A stretch of 64,000 bases of DNA from NCBI GenBank assembly GCA_963848805.1, contig CAWKFD010000030.1, positions 14,796 through 78,795 on the forward strand. Direction: 5' to 3'. The notes under the pieces are model-generated. The model was given only the letters and a program-made list of their open reading frames with translations, had not been told where the DNA came from and searched no databases. Position 1 is the stretch's first letter; each line of letters starts with the position of its first letter. Below are positions 18,549 to 29,159 of this stretch, piece after piece. Both the position numbers and the translations under genes were made by a program. Source of the stretch: an uncultured Acidobacteriaceae bacterium (GTDB taxonomy: Bacteria > Acidobacteriota > Terriglobia > Terriglobales > Acidobacteriaceae).

Positions 18549-18870
18549 ACAGAACGCGGACTACGCGCGCATCCACACCCAATGAAAGGATCGCACATTC
18601 GCGGGAGGATTTTCACTCTCGCGTCAATGTACATTGCCATCTTCCATTGCCATGCTTCGACCTGTCTGATTAGACTCCGGCGGCACTTCGATGGTCATCG
18701 ACGGGTGCGCTCAGGCAACACATCTAAGCCGATGCGGCGTCATTTGAACAAGGCGCGGAGAATCCGAGCGGATCAGCAATGCCTTTTCCACGCGCCGCTC
18801 GCCTGCCCCGGAACGATAGAATCCCTCTAGGTCTGTTTCTATTCCTCACCCCCCAGGGAGCGTCGATCGC

Positions 18871-20774
18871 ATGGGTTATCAGGTTCTGGCCAGGAAATAT
18901 CGTCCGCAGCGCTTTGCCGACGTGGCCGGCCAGGACCACGTGACCCGCACGCTGCTGAACGCGCTCGGCCAGAACCGCATCGCGCACGGGTATATCTTTT
19001 CCGGGCATCGCGGCATCGGCAAAACAACGATTGCGCGCATTCTCGCAATGGCGCTGAACTGCAGAACCGAAGTGGGCAGCGCGGAGCGGCCCAGCCCCGA
19101 GCCCTGCGGCGTTTGCGAGGCCTGCACGGAAATTCGTCAGGGCAACGCAGTGGACGTGATCGAGATTGACGCGGCCACCAACCGCGGCATCGACGAGATT
19201 CGCGAATTGCGCGACGCGGCGCGCTACTCGCCGGCGCGGGACCGGTACAAGGTCTACATTCTCGACGAAGCTCACCAGATTACCGAGGCGGCCTTCAATG
19301 CGCTGCTGAAGACGCTGGAGGAGCCTCCGGCGCACGTGATCTTCATGATGGCGACGACCGAGCCCGAGAATATTCCTCAGACCATCCGCTCGCGCTGCCA
19401 GCACTTCAGTTTTCATGCCGTCAAGTTCGACGACATTCTGGCGCAGTTGAAGATGATCGCGGCAGAGGAGCAGGTTACGGCCGAAGAGGACGCGCTGGCG
19501 CTGCTGGCCGAGGCCGGCGACGGATCGATGCGCGACGCGCTCTCCATCATGGACCAGGCGATTGCCTCGGCGCCGGTGGAAGCGGGCCGTCCCGTGCTCT
19601 CCGCGGCGCAGATTCGCGAGCTGATGGGTTCAGTGCCCAACGCGGTTTTCGAGCGGCTGATGGAAGCCGTGGCCGCAGGCCAAAGCACCGTGCTGATGGA
19701 ACAGTTGAATGTGCTCGTGAACTCCGGGCACAGCCCGCATGCGCTGGCGCGGCAGATGGTTCGCTATCTGCGCAACGCGCTGATGGCGAAACTGGGCGGC
19801 GAGCAGACTGAGCTGCTGCAGATCTCCGCCGATGAGCGGGCTCGCGCCGCGCGCACTGCGCTCTTGTTCACCGAGGAAGAGCTGACGCGCAATCTGCAAA
19901 TTGTGCTGCGCACCTTTGACGACCTGAACTATCGCCAGGAGCAGCGATTCCACCTGGAATTGGGACTGCTCAAGCTGATTCATGCGCAGCGGCTGCTGCC
20001 CATCGAGGAGTTGCTGAGCGGGGTGGCGAGCGGCGCGATTCGTGGCGCGGCCACAGGCCAGCGCGCAGCGTGCAAGCGTGGGCGTGTCAAGGCCTGCCGA
20101 GTACGGCTGCGCCGAGGCACTTCTGCAGGGCGCGAGAACGGCCGGCACTGGTTCATCGCCGGGCGCAAAGCAAGATCGCAGCGTTCGGCCAGGCTGGCGG
20201 GTATCGAAGCCTCGAGCGCGATCCATGCGCCTGCGAGCGGGAAGCACGATGCGTGAAGCCGCGCCGCTTCCCTGCGGTGACGAGCCGGGCTGCCGGTTAC
20301 GCCGAGACCGCAATACTCACAGAGGGCGCGCTGGCTAAAGCGCCTGAAACGGCGGCAGTCGCCGCCGATGGGTTAAGCGCCCAAGGGTTAGACTTGGAAC
20401 ACGTGCGCGAGGCCATCGTGGCCGCGCTGGCGACGGCCGGGCACAGCTCCGCCGCGCAACTGCTGGGCGCGGGCGAGTGGAAGCTGGACGGCGCAAGCGT
20501 GCGCATTGCCGTGCCAGGCATGGGCAAGAAGATGCTTAGCTTGACGGTGAATGCCGCGGCCGAGAAGATCATCCGGCAGGAATTGCAACGGGTGGGCGCG
20601 CCCGCGCGTTTTCTGGTGGCTCCCGGCTTGGGCGCAGTCCCCGCCGTGGTCGCGCCGCCTGTCGCACCCGCCGGCAGCGTGCAGGAGGCGGCGCTCGCGC
20701 ATCCGCTGGTCAAGCGCGCGCAGGAGATCTTCAAGGCCGAAGTGCGCAGCGTGCTCGATCTGCGCCAGAAGTAG
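18871..20774 (+). CDS. dnaX: DNA polymerase III subunit gamma/tau; at least two +1 frameshifts in the linker (about 20040-20270)
   Basis: MGYQVLARKYRPQRF, GHRGIGKTT, IDAATNRG, ILDEAH, SRCQHF. The C-terminal domain (..HPLVKRAQEIFKAEVRSVLDLR) is in ORF 20070..20774. Synteny dnaX-ybaB-recR. Confidence 0.93.
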
Positions 20775-20800
20775 CACGCGAGTGAGGAGAAGAAAACGCA

Positions 20801-21128
20801 ATGTTCAATCCGCTCAAAATTTCGGAGATGCTTTCCCAGGCCGGCCAGATGCAGGAAGAGGTGCAGCGCAAGCTCGGCGAGACGGTCGTGGAGGCGACGC
20901 AGCGGCGGCGGCGCGGTGACCGCAACCATGAACGGCAAGAAAGAACTGCTCAAGCTGCACATCGATCCCTCGGCGGTCCTCAGCCTGAGCGGGGGCCAGC
21001 CGGACGTGGAGATGCTTCAGGATCTGGTGGTCGCCGCGGTAAACGAGGCGGGCCGCAAAGCCGATGAGGCGATCAAGTCGAGCGTGCAGGGGATGCTGGG
21101 CGGGCTGAAGCTTCCGGGAATGACCTAA
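20801..21128 (+). CDS. ybaB: YbaB/EbfC nucleoid-associated protein, one +1 frameshift near 20900
   Basis: QAGQMQEEVQRKL...[SGGGAVTATMNG]...DVEMLQDLVVAAVNEA across ORFs 20801..21067 and 20916..21128. Confidence 0.88.
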
Positions 21129-21174
21129 GGGCCGACGGCGCAGCCGGAACGCGTCCGCAGCGGTCCGCTGCATT

Positions 21175-21209
21175 CCCCGGTCCCCGAAAGCGAGGGACCG
21201 GGGGCACCC
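21175..21209 (+). repeat. REP-like hairpin, family B
   Basis: CCCCGGTCCC-CGAAAGCGA-GGGACCGGGG followed by GCACCC, in the ybaB-recR intergenic region. Confidence 0.7.
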
Positions 21210-21240
21210 GAGTTTGCTGCGGTTTCAGGGAGGCAAAAAA

Positions 21241-21852
21241 TTGTCACGTTATGCCGAGCCGATGGCCCGGCTCATTGAAGAATTGAAGAAGCTGCCCGGC
21301 GTGGGCACCAAGAGCGCGCAGCGGTACGCCTTCCATCTTCTGCGCTCGAGCGACGAGGATGCCGCCGCGCTGGCTGAGGCGGTGCGCGGGCTGAAGGCCA
21401 GCCTGCGCTTGTGCTCGATTTGCAATAACGTGACCGACGTCGATCCTTGCGCTTACTGCGCCAGCCCTACGCGCAATCAACGCCTGGTGTGCGTGGTGGA
21501 GGAGCCGACCAACATCGATACTGTGGAGCGAGCAAGAGGGTCGCAGGGCAGCTTCCAGGGCGTCTACCACGTGCTGCACGGAACGCTCTCGCCGCTGCAT
21601 GGGGTGGGGCCGGACCAGTTGCGCACAGCTACGCTGGTGAGCCGCGTGGAGCGCGGCGAGGTGGACGAGGTGATTCTGGCGACGAGCCCGACCCTCGAAG
21701 GCGAGGCTACGGCCGATTGGCTGGCCGGAGCGTTGCGCGGATTTCCCGTGCGGATTACGCGCATTGCGACGGGCGTGCCCGCAGGCAGCGACATTGAGTA
21801 CGCCGATGAGGTGACGATGGCGCGGGCGATTGAGGGACGACGGGAAGTGTAG
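21241..21852 (+). CDS. recR: Recombination mediator RecR
   Basis: LPGVGTKSAQR, CSICNNVTDVDPCAYC zinc finger, CVVEEP, YHVLHG, EGEATA, GSDIEYADEVT. TTG start at 21241. Confidence 0.95.
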   Translation: MSRYAEPMARLIEELKKLPGVGTKSAQRYAFHLLRSSDEDAAALAEAVRGLKASLRLCSICNNVTDVDPCAYCASPTRNQRLVCVVEEPTNIDTVERARGSQGSFQGVYHVLHGTLSPLHGVGPDQLRTATLVSRVERGEVDEVILATSPTLEGEATADWLAGALRGFPVRITRIATGVPAGSDIEYADEVTMARAIEGRREV

Positions 21853-21927
21853 TGATTCCCACCCTAACCGCAAAGAGCGTGTACAGGACGGGGCGTCTGC
21901 CGTCGTTTCAAAGGTGGAATGCCATCC

Positions 21928-23781
21928 CTATTTCGGTTCGACGAATCGCACCCTCACAGCGTCCCCTGAGCCTTCGATCGTCGAGGTCTCAGAGCTTCCA
22001 CGAATCGCGACAAACAGTCGCAGAGCGGGATGATGAGTAAACACGTTCGCGGCGGCATCTTCGCCGATGCCCATCAGAGTGCCCTCGGCTCCGCTTTCGT
22101 AGGTCACGCCCAGTGGGGTCATCGCACCCCCCGCACCGAATTGAACGCCCGTCCCGGAGAACCCGCCAGCGGTAGATTGGTTCGCCGACTGGGCTGCCTG
22201 CGACGACGCGCCCAGCAGGGATCGCATGCGCATCATGCGGGGAGACAACTCTGCCGCGGCAAACTCGGTACTTCCATCGGTAATCTCGGACAGCCGCGTC
22301 AAGGGGCGCGCTTTGGAGGTGTAGAAAACGAGATCGGTGCCAAGCGACTGAATGACGCTCAGTTTGGCTGCGTCCACCTCAACCGGATTCGCGGTGGCAT
22401 CGAGAAGGAAATTCGCAGCCTTGGTTTGGTGTGCCTCCTGCGCACTCGCCAGCGCGGTTTGGAATTTGTTGTCTGTCACTGCAGGCGAGGCGCCGTTTTC
22501 AAGCAGCACGGCAAGAGCATCTACATTCCCCCAGTGGGCGGCAATATGCAGAGCCGTGATCCCATCCTTGGTCTGCGCGTGTACGTCGGCGCCTGCCTTG
22601 ATCAGGGTCCGGAGCGCGTCTGCACCACTTTTTTGCGCAGCAAAGTCCAGAGGGGTCCATTGGTTCACGTCGCGGGCATTGACGTCGGCCCCAGATTCGA
22701 TCAAGACCTTCAATGTTTCGACGCTCCCCGATGACGCTGCGTTGTGAATGGCCATGACACCGCCCTTGTTTTTTGCCTGGCTGTCTGCTCCTTTTGTTAT
22801 CAGAAATCGAACCATCTCGGCGCGCCCGAAATAGGCGGCATTCAACAACGGGGTTCCACCCGCATCCGACGCGGAGTTGATGTTTGCCCCCGCGGCCAGA
22901 AGGAGCTTGGCCGATTCCACGTCCCCCGAAGCCGCAGCATAATCCAACACAGGAGAGCCGTCTGCGCCCCTGGCGTCTACGTTGGCCTTGTGCGCCAGAA
23001 GAATGCTTACGACATCAGGGTGCCCCTGCACGGCCCAAAATAGCGGGGTCGCTCCGTTTTTGCTGCGCCCGTCGACCTGAGCGTTGTGGGCCAGCAACCA
23101 ATTCACCATTTCCGTCCGTCCCTTCGCCGCGGCGTGCGCAAGCGGCGTTCCAAGGCTGTTGTCCGCGCGATTCACGTCGGCGCCGGCGGCGACGAGCAGT
23201 TGGGCTGCTGCAACGGTCCCCTGGTCGGCGGCATCAATCATTGGCGTCCAGCCGTCGTTATCGGCAGAGTTGATATCCGCCTTATTGGCGAGTAACAAAG
23301 CGATCGTATCCCTGTGGTCCTGGGTAACTGCGAAAAAGAGCGGCGTGCGGCCCTGGTCGTTACGGAAGGATGCAAAATCAGGAATGCCCTTCAGCAGAAC
23401 GGTCAGTTCATCGGTGGTAAGTGCAGGAAGGAGCTTCAGGACGAGATCCTTGCGGACCTCGGCGTCCTGGGTGTTCGCAGCCACCCGGACCATCCCGGGA
23501 CGGTCAGAGTGGGACTCGATCTCCCGGATGCCTCGGGGCATCATAGGCTCTTTCGTCGCGCCAAAATGCAATGCGCTTTCCCGTGCAGCGATTTCGTAAA
23601 GGTCGTCACACGCTTTCGGCTCCGCCCGCTGATAACACTTTTCCGCATACTTCTCGGCCTTGCGGGGGTCCTGCGCGGAGGATGCGGAGGGAAGCACGAG
23701 CATCAGGCCTCCAATCAAAAGAAGGGAGCGTACGCCGATTGTGCGGTAGCGCTGAGCAGCGCGATCGATTTCTTCAAACAT
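21928..23781 (-). CDS. Secreted ankyrin-repeat protein (about 9-10 repeats)
   Basis: Signal-like N-terminus (LLLIGGLMLVLPSASSA-Q); repeats such as GRTPLFFAV, GWTPMIDAA, GTPLAHAA, GATPLFWAV, WTPLDFAA, GITALHIAA. Confidence 0.88.
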   Translation of the reverse strand: MFEEIDRAAQRYRTIGVRSLLLIGGLMLVLPSASSAQDPRKAEKYAEKCYQRAEPKACDDLYEIAARESALHFGATKEPMMPRGIREIESHSDRPGMVRVAANTQDAEVRKDLVLKLLPALTTDELTVLLKGIPDFASFRNDQGRTPLFFAVTQDHRDTIALLLANKADINSADNDGWTPMIDAADQGTVAAAQLLVAAGADVNRADNSLGTPLAHAAAKGRTEMVNWLLAHNAQVDGRSKNGATPLFWAVQGHPDVVSILLAHKANVDARGADGSPVLDYAAASGDVESAKLLLAAGANINSASDAGGTPLLNAAYFGRAEMVRFLITKGADSQAKNKGGVMAIHNAASSGSVETLKVLIESGADVNARDVNQWTPLDFAAQKSGADALRTLIKAGADVHAQTKDGITALHIAAHWGNVDALAVLLENGASPAVTDNKFQTALASAQEAHQTKAANFLLDATANPVEVDAAKLSVIQSLGTDLVFYTSKARPLTRLSEITDGSTEFAAAELSPRMMRMRSLLGASSQAAQSANQSTAGGFSGTGVQFGAGGAMTPLGVTYESGAEGTLMGIGEDAAANVFTHHPALRLFVAIRGSSETSTIEGSGDAVRVRFVEPK

Positions 23782-24271
23782 GCCAAGCCCCTCCTTACGG
23801 GCCGAAGGTCTGCTGAGTTCTCGTTTTCGGGAACCTGAATCCTCGCTTCATCGAGGATTGTGAACCTCGACCGCGCGGTTACAGGTTGAGTCATTCCCCG
23901 CAAGGTCCCACTCTGTGACCGAGTGAAAATCGCCTGCGCAGCCAGGGCGTTTCGTCCGGAAGTTGATCTTCCCAGCGATCCGGCTCTTTCAGCACTTTCA
24001 AGTTGCCTGCCATTGAGTGTGCACAGCAAGTATATCCATTTGCTGTAGCTTGGCAAAAAGCGATTTCCGAGGCGCGTGGCCGATCGCTGATCTCTCGCAA
24101 TTCTTCCCCGCTCGCTTCGATCTCACGGGCCCTGCCGAGGCGCAGGGCGGCAGATTCAAGCCGACGGCGTGACCCGGTCCCTCGTTCCATTTTGCACAAA
24201 AAAAGAAAAGCGGGAGAGCTGGTTGGCTCATCCCGCATAAAAGTGGCTTGGGAAGCCGCTACGTTCAAAAC

Positions 24272-24838
24272 CTATTTTGAAATCTGGTCGAGCGCAAGGT
24301 TCAACTCCAGCACATTCACGCGCGGCTCGCCGAGAAAGCCAAGCTGGCGCAACGTGGTGTGCTCGGCGATGAGTTTCCTCATCCGGTCCGGATCGATACC
24401 GCGCGCCTTGGCTACGCGCGGGGCCTGGTAGTCGGCATTTTCCGGAGTGATGTCGGGGTCGAGGCCGGAGCCGGAAGTGGTCACCATATCGATGGGGACG
24501 GGCTTGCCGGGGTTCTGCGCGGCCAGCTTATCGATGTCGCCCTGGATGCGCGTAACCAGCGTCTTGTTCGATTGCGCGAGATTTGTCCCGCCTGATGCGG
24601 TCGCGTCATAGCCGTTGCCCGCGGCCGAAGGCCGGGGATGGAAGTAGCGGTCGGAAGTGAAGCTCTGTGCCAGCAACTCGGAGCCAATCACCTGGCCGTT
24701 GCGCAGAATGAGGCTTCCGGCGGCCTGGCGCGGAAACAGCAAACCGGCGAGTCCGGTCATCAGCAGCGGATAGCCCAGGCCAAACAGGACCGCCGTCACG
24801 AGCGTAAAACGAATGGATGTACCCCAGATGGAGTGCAC
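24272..24838 (-). CDS. kdpC: K+-transporting ATPase subunit C
   Basis: LGYPLLMTG, GSELLAQSF, YFHPRPSAAG, SGGTN, VTTSGSGLDPDI, GEPRVNVLELNLALD. GTG at 24838 after an AGGAGG RBS. Confidence 0.95.
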   Translation of the reverse strand: MHSIWGTSIRFTLVTAVLFGLGYPLLMTGLAGLLFPRQAAGSLILRNGQVIGSELLAQSFTSDRYFHPRPSAAGNGYDATASGGTNLAQSNKTLVTRIQGDIDKLAAQNPGKPVPIDMVTTSGSGLDPDITPENADYQAPRVAKARGIDPDRMRKLIAEHTTLRQLGFLGEPRVNVLELNLALDQISK

Positions 24839-24946
24839 GACCGGCGCCTCCTGCACATGAATGGCCAGCCGCTCCAGGTGAACTGCGGAATCTTCGTGAA
24901 TTGAAACCGAATGCACGGTGAATCTCCTTTGTCCGGCGCGGCGGAC

Positions 24947-26980
24947 CTACGCCAGATGCAGCGCCACCAAACACACGTCGATGGCCTTGATACCGATAAA
25001 CGGGATGATGATGCCGCCGACGCCGTAGACCAACAGGTTGTTGCGCAGCAGGATGTCGGCGGCCTTGGGTTCGTATTTGACGCCTTTCAACGCCAGCGGA
25101 ATCAGTGCCACAATGATGACCGCATTAAAAATCACAGCCGACAAAATGGCTGACTGCGGCGAGTGCAGGAACATAATGTTGAGCGCGCCAAGAACTGGAA
25201 AGACGCCCGCGAACATGGCGGGGATGATGGCGAAGTACTTGGCCACGTCGTTGGCGATGGAAAAGGTAGTGAGCGCGCCCCGGGTCATGAGCAGTTGTTT
25301 GCCGATCTCGACGATTTCAATCAGCTTGGTTGGATTCGAGTCCAGGTCCACCATGTTGCCGGCTTCCTTTGCGGCTTGCGTGCCGGAATTCATGGCCACG
25401 CCCACATCGGCCTGCGCCAGCGCGGGCGCGTCGTTGGTGCCGTCGCCGGTCATGGCTACCAGCTTGCCCTTGCCCTGCTCGCGCTTAATCAGGTCCATCT
25501 TGTCTTTGGGCTTGGCTTCAGCCAAAAAGTCGTCGACGCCGGCCTCGCGCGCGATCACCGCAGCGGTGAGCGGATTGTCGCCGGTGATCATGATGGAGCG
25601 GATGCCCATGGCGCGCAGCCGCGCAAGGCGATCTTTCAAGCCGCCCTTCACGATGTCCTTGAGATAAATCACTCCCAGCGCCGATGCGTTTTCCGCCACC
25701 ACCAGCGGCGTGCCGCCGTCGCGCGCAATCTGTTCGACGCTGTCGCGGACCTTTTGCGGAAGCGAGGCGCCCTGCTCCTCAAGAAAACGCGCGATCGCGT
25801 CCACCGAACCCTTGCGGATGCAGGTGCCAGGCAGATTCACGCCGCTCATGCGGGTCTGCGCGCTAAAGGGAACAAACTCGGCGTGAATGCCGGCCAGGTC
25901 GCGCCCGCGCAGGTTGTATTTCTCCTTGGCCAGAACGACGATCGAGCGGCCCTCGGGAGTTTCATCGGATAGCGACGCGAGCTGCGCGGCGTTGGCCAGC
26001 CGCTCATTGCTCACGTCCGGGGCAGGCATGAATTCTGTTGCCTGGCGGTTGCCGAGGGTGATGGTTCCGGTTTTGTCGAGCAGCAGCGTGTTCACGTCGC
26101 CGGCCGCTTCAACGGCGCGCCCGCTCATGGCCAGCACGTTGTACTGCACCAGCCGGTCCATGCCGGCGATGCCGATGGCCGAGAGCAGCCCACCGATGGT
26201 GGTGGGAATGAGGCACACGAGCAGCGAGACCAGGACAAATACGGTCTGCGGAGCCTTGGAGTACATGGCAAAGGGCTGCAGCGTGACCACAGCCAGCAGG
26301 AAGATGATGGTGAGGCCGGAAAGCAGGATGCTGAGTGCGATCTCATTGGGCGTCTTCTGGCGGGTTGCGCCCTCGACCAGCGCGATCATGCGATCGAGAA
26401 AAGTCTCGCCGGGATTCGACGTAATTTTGACCTTGATCCAGTCCGACAACACCTTGGTGCCGCCGGTGACGGCCGAGCGGTCGCCGCCGGCCTCGCGGAT
26501 GACGGGAGCGGATTCGCCGGTAATGGCCGACTCATCGATCGAGGCCACGCCTTCAATGACTTCGCCGTCGCCGGCGATGTAGTGGCCGGCTTCGACGTAG
26601 ATGACGTCTCCGGCGCGAAGAAGGCCGCTGACGACTTCTTCAAAGCCGCCATCGGCGGTGTAGCGCCTGGCAATCGTCTCGCCCTTGGCCTTGCGCAGGG
26701 TATCGGCCTGGGCCTTGCCGCGGCCTTCGGCCATGGCCTCGGCAAAGTTGGCGAACAGCACCGTGAACCACAGCCAAAGCGTGATTTGCAGATTAAAGCC
26801 GAATGTCTCGCGATGATGCTGGAAATTCACGACCAGCAAGGCCGAAGTGAGCACACTGCCCACTTCCACCACAAACATCACGGGGTTCTTCACCATCCAG
26901 CGCGGATCGAGCTTGCGAAGCGAATCCACGCTTGCCTGAGCAATGATCTGTGTGTTCCAAAGACTCTTCTTTTCAACCAT
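24947..26980 (-). CDS. kdpB: K+-transporting ATPase subunit B (P-type ATPase)
   Basis: [46 protein letters not shown]. Confidence 0.98.
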   Translation of the reverse strand: MVEKKSLWNTQIIAQASVDSLRKLDPRWMVKNPVMFVVEVGSVLTSALLVVNFQHHRETFGFNLQITLWLWFTVLFANFAEAMAEGRGKAQADTLRKAKGETIARRYTADGGFEEVVSGLLRAGDVIYVEAGHYIAGDGEVIEGVASIDESAITGESAPVIREAGGDRSAVTGGTKVLSDWIKVKITSNPGETFLDRMIALVEGATRQKTPNEIALSILLSGLTIIFLLAVVTLQPFAMYSKAPQTVFVLVSLLVCLIPTTIGGLLSAIGIAGMDRLVQYNVLAMSGRAVEAAGDVNTLLLDKTGTITLGNRQATEFMPAPDVSNERLANAAQLASLSDETPEGRSIVVLAKEKYNLRGRDLAGIHAEFVPFSAQTRMSGVNLPGTCIRKGSVDAIARFLEEQGASLPQKVRDSVEQIARDGGTPLVVAENASALGVIYLKDIVKGGLKDRLARLRAMGIRSIMITGDNPLTAAVIAREAGVDDFLAEAKPKDKMDLIKREQGKGKLVAMTGDGTNDAPALAQADVGVAMNSGTQAAKEAGNMVDLDSNPTKLIEIVEIGKQLLMTRGALTTFSIANDVAKYFAIIPAMFAGVFPVLGALNIMFLHSPQSAILSAVIFNAVIIVALIPLALKGVKYEPKAADILLRNNLLVYGVGGIIIPFIGIKAIDVCLVALHLA

Positions 26981-26991
26981 ATTCTTAAAGC

Positions 26992-27026
26992 AGCTTTCAG
27001 CTTCCCGCTTTTAGCCGCTAGCTCCT
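26992..27026 (+). repeat. Five degenerate tandem heptamers in the kdpA-kdpB gap
   Basis: AGCTTTC AGCTTCC CGCTTTT AGCCGCT AGCTCCT. Confidence 0.4.
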
Positions 27027-27106
27027 AACTTGTGAATAACTCACCTTGCAAATCCTGCATTCCGTGAGGGGCGGAGATCCTATTCCCTGTTCCCTCGTCC
27101 TTTTCC

Positions 27107-28825
27107 TTAGAACATCTGTCCTGACTGCAGCAGCAGGTGTTCCAGAATCGGTCCCAGGCTCAACGCCGGGAAAAAGGTGAGCGCGCCGACAATCAAAACC
27201 ACGCCGACAAGTAGCACGGAGAACAGGGTTGTATTCACCGGGAAGGTGCCGGGCGATGGCGGAACGCTTTTCTTCTGGGCCAGGTTGCCGGCCAAGGCCA
27301 GCACCGGGATCATCATGAGGAAGCGGCCGATGAGCATGTCCCAGCCCATCGCGATGTTGTACCACCAGTTGGTGCCCAAACCTGCGAAAGCAGAGCCGTT
27401 ATTGCCTGCCCCGGAGGTGAAGGAATACAGAATTTCGGAAAAACCGTGCGGACCGGGATTGGCAATTGCGGTAAGACCCACCGGCAACAACACAAAGATC
27501 GCGGCGAAAGTGAGGATGATGAACGGGAAGATAAGCGCGTAAAGCATCGCCATCTTCACGTCGTAGGACTCTATCTTCTTGCCCAAATATTCTGGAGTGC
27601 GGCCCACCATGAGTCCGGCGATGAAGACCGCGAGGACCACGAAGATCAACATGCCGTACATGCCCGCGCCCACACCGCCAAAGACCACCTCGCCGAGCAT
27701 GATGTTGGAGAGCGGCACCATGCCTCCGAGAGGCGTAAAGCTATCGTGCATTCCATTCACAGCGCCACAACTGGCGTCAGTGGTGATGGTGGCGAACAGG
27801 GCGCTTTCGGCAATGCCGTTGCGGACCTCTTTGCCCTCCATGTTGCCGCCCGGCGCACCTGCAGTGCGCGCTTGCGCGGCCCCGTGGATGAGCGGATGCG
27901 GTTGCGACTCTGCCCAATAGCAAACCGTGAATCCGGCGGCGAAGAGCACAAACATGGCGGCAAACACGGCCCATCCGTGGCCGGGCGAGCCGGTCATGCG
28001 GCCCAGCGTGTAGGTCAGTCCGGCGGGAATGATGAAGATGGAGAGAATTTGCAGGAAGTTAGAGAGCGGCGTGGGGTTCTCGTAGGGATGGGCGCTGTTG
28101 GCGTTGAAGAAGCCGCCGCCGTTGGTGCCCAACATCTTGATGGCTTCCTGCGAAGCCACGGGGCCCTGCCCGATGGTCTGCGTTGCATTCTCGATCGTAT
28201 GCGCGCTCGTGTATGCGTGGAGATTCTGCGGAACGCCCTGCCATACCAGCAGAAGCGCGTAGACGATGCAGGCGGGCGCGAGGATGTAAAGCAGGGTCCG
28301 CGTCAAGTCGACCCAGAAGTTACCGATGGTGCCGGAAGTGGTGCGCTTGATGCCGCGGATGAGCGCGATGGCCACAACGATTCCCACAGCCGCCGACCAG
28401 AAGTTATGCGTAGCCAGCCCGGCCATCTCGGTGAGATAGCTCATGGTGGACTCGGGGGTGTAGAACTGCCAGTTTGTGTTGGTGGTAAAGCTGGCGGCGG
28501 TATTCCACGCCAGATCGGTCGGAACGGCCGCGAGATGTTGGGGGTTAAACGGCAGCATCGCCTGCAGCCGTTCGAGCGCGTAGGTGAGCACCAGCGTCAT
28601 GGCCGAGAAGCCCAGCATGGCCAAGGCGTACTCGCGCCAGTTCATCTCTTTTTCAGCATTTACGCCGCAGAGCTTGTAGATGAGCCGCTCGCAGGGACGC
28701 AGCACCGGGTCAAGCCAGGTGCGCTCGCCTTCCATGACACGCGCCAGGTAAATGCCCACTGGACGAACGGTGGCAAGCAGAACGATGGAGTAGATGGCGA
28801 ATTGCAGCCAGCCATTGGCGGACAT
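27107..28825 (-). CDS. kdpA: K+-transporting ATPase subunit A
   Basis: MSANGWLQF start (28825), SFTTNTNWQ, KMLGTNGGGFF, FGGVGAG, NNGSAFAG, FFPALSLGPI. Confidence 0.97.
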   Translation of the reverse strand: MSANGWLQFAIYSIVLLATVRPVGIYLARVMEGERTWLDPVLRPCERLIYKLCGVNAEKEMNWREYALAMLGFSAMTLVLTYALERLQAMLPFNPQHLAAVPTDLAWNTAASFTTNTNWQFYTPESTMSYLTEMAGLATHNFWSAAVGIVVAIALIRGIKRTTSGTIGNFWVDLTRTLLYILAPACIVYALLLVWQGVPQNLHAYTSAHTIENATQTIGQGPVASQEAIKMLGTNGGGFFNANSAHPYENPTPLSNFLQILSIFIIPAGLTYTLGRMTGSPGHGWAVFAAMFVLFAAGFTVCYWAESQPHPLIHGAAQARTAGAPGGNMEGKEVRNGIAESALFATITTDASCGAVNGMHDSFTPLGGMVPLSNIMLGEVVFGGVGAGMYGMLIFVVLAVFIAGLMVGRTPEYLGKKIESYDVKMAMLYALIFPFIILTFAAIFVLLPVGLTAIANPGPHGFSEILYSFTSGAGNNGSAFAGLGTNWWYNIAMGWDMLIGRFLMMIPVLALAGNLAQKKSVPPSPGTFPVNTTLFSVLLVGVVLIVGALTFFPALSLGPILEHLLLQSGQMF

Positions 28826-28826
28826 T

Positions 28827-28922
28827 TCAGAATTTCTCCGGGAAAAGCAGCGTGAGGGTGAGATAGCCCAACAAGAGAACGGAAATAACGAGCGCAGATA
28901 CGGCAATCCAATCGTTATGCAT
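28827..28922 (-). CDS. kdpF: KdpF subunit (31 aa; missing from the ORF track)
   Basis: MHNDWIAVSALVISVLLLGYLTLTLLFPEKF: single TM with the YL...L..PEKF signature, stop immediately before the kdpA ATG. Confidence 0.9.
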   Translation of the reverse strand: MHNDWIAVSALVISVLLLGYLTLTLLFPEKF

Positions 28923-28925
28923 GGG

Positions 28926-29012
28926 CTACCTCAACTTCTGGCAGGCCTTGACGTAGAGGAACGCCACGGCGAAGAAAATAACGGTGTAAAGCAGCATCAA
29001 TACATCTTGCAT
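28926..29012 (-). CDS. 28-aa single-TM peptide upstream of kdpF
   Basis: MQDVLMLLYTVIFFAVAFLYVKACQKLR; GGGAG RBS upstream; stop 3 nt before the kdpF ATG. Confidence 0.7.
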   Translation of the reverse strand: MQDVLMLLYTVIFFAVAFLYVKACQKLR

Positions 29013-29022
29013 GTGAGGCTCC

Positions 29023-29157
29023 CAGTTTCAGCCGTAACAGCATCAGTCCCGGCGAGAAACTCAAATCAATTCGTCTCAGCCAGCGGAACCGCCGCGAAGG
29101 CGTCGGATGACCGGGCGCGGCAGTTCGAGACCGAACCAAACGGCTTAACCGAAACTG
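29023..29157 (-). promoter_or_regulatory. Structured 5' leader of the kdp operon (candidate cis-regulatory RNA)
   Basis: Ends pair (CAGTTTC..AGCCGT with ACGGCT-GAAACTG) and enclose several internal hairpins; the 3' arm abuts the RBS of the 28-aa ORF. Confidence 0.4.
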
Positions 29158-29159
29158 AT

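Noticed and set aside
18549-18870. SRP RNA or tRNA often found upstream of dnaX
   Set aside because: No SRP helix-8 motif or tRNA cloverleaf could be identified.
20030-20280. Programmed ribosomal frameshift in dnaX (gamma/tau)
   Set aside because: No A-AAA-AAG or long A/T slippery run was seen; there are multiple shifts of the same +1 type as in neighbouring genes, which fits sequencing error.
29023-29157. Known ydaO/c-di-AMP riboswitch upstream of kdp
   Set aside because: The conserved ydaO sequence features were not recognisable; kept as an unassigned structured leader.
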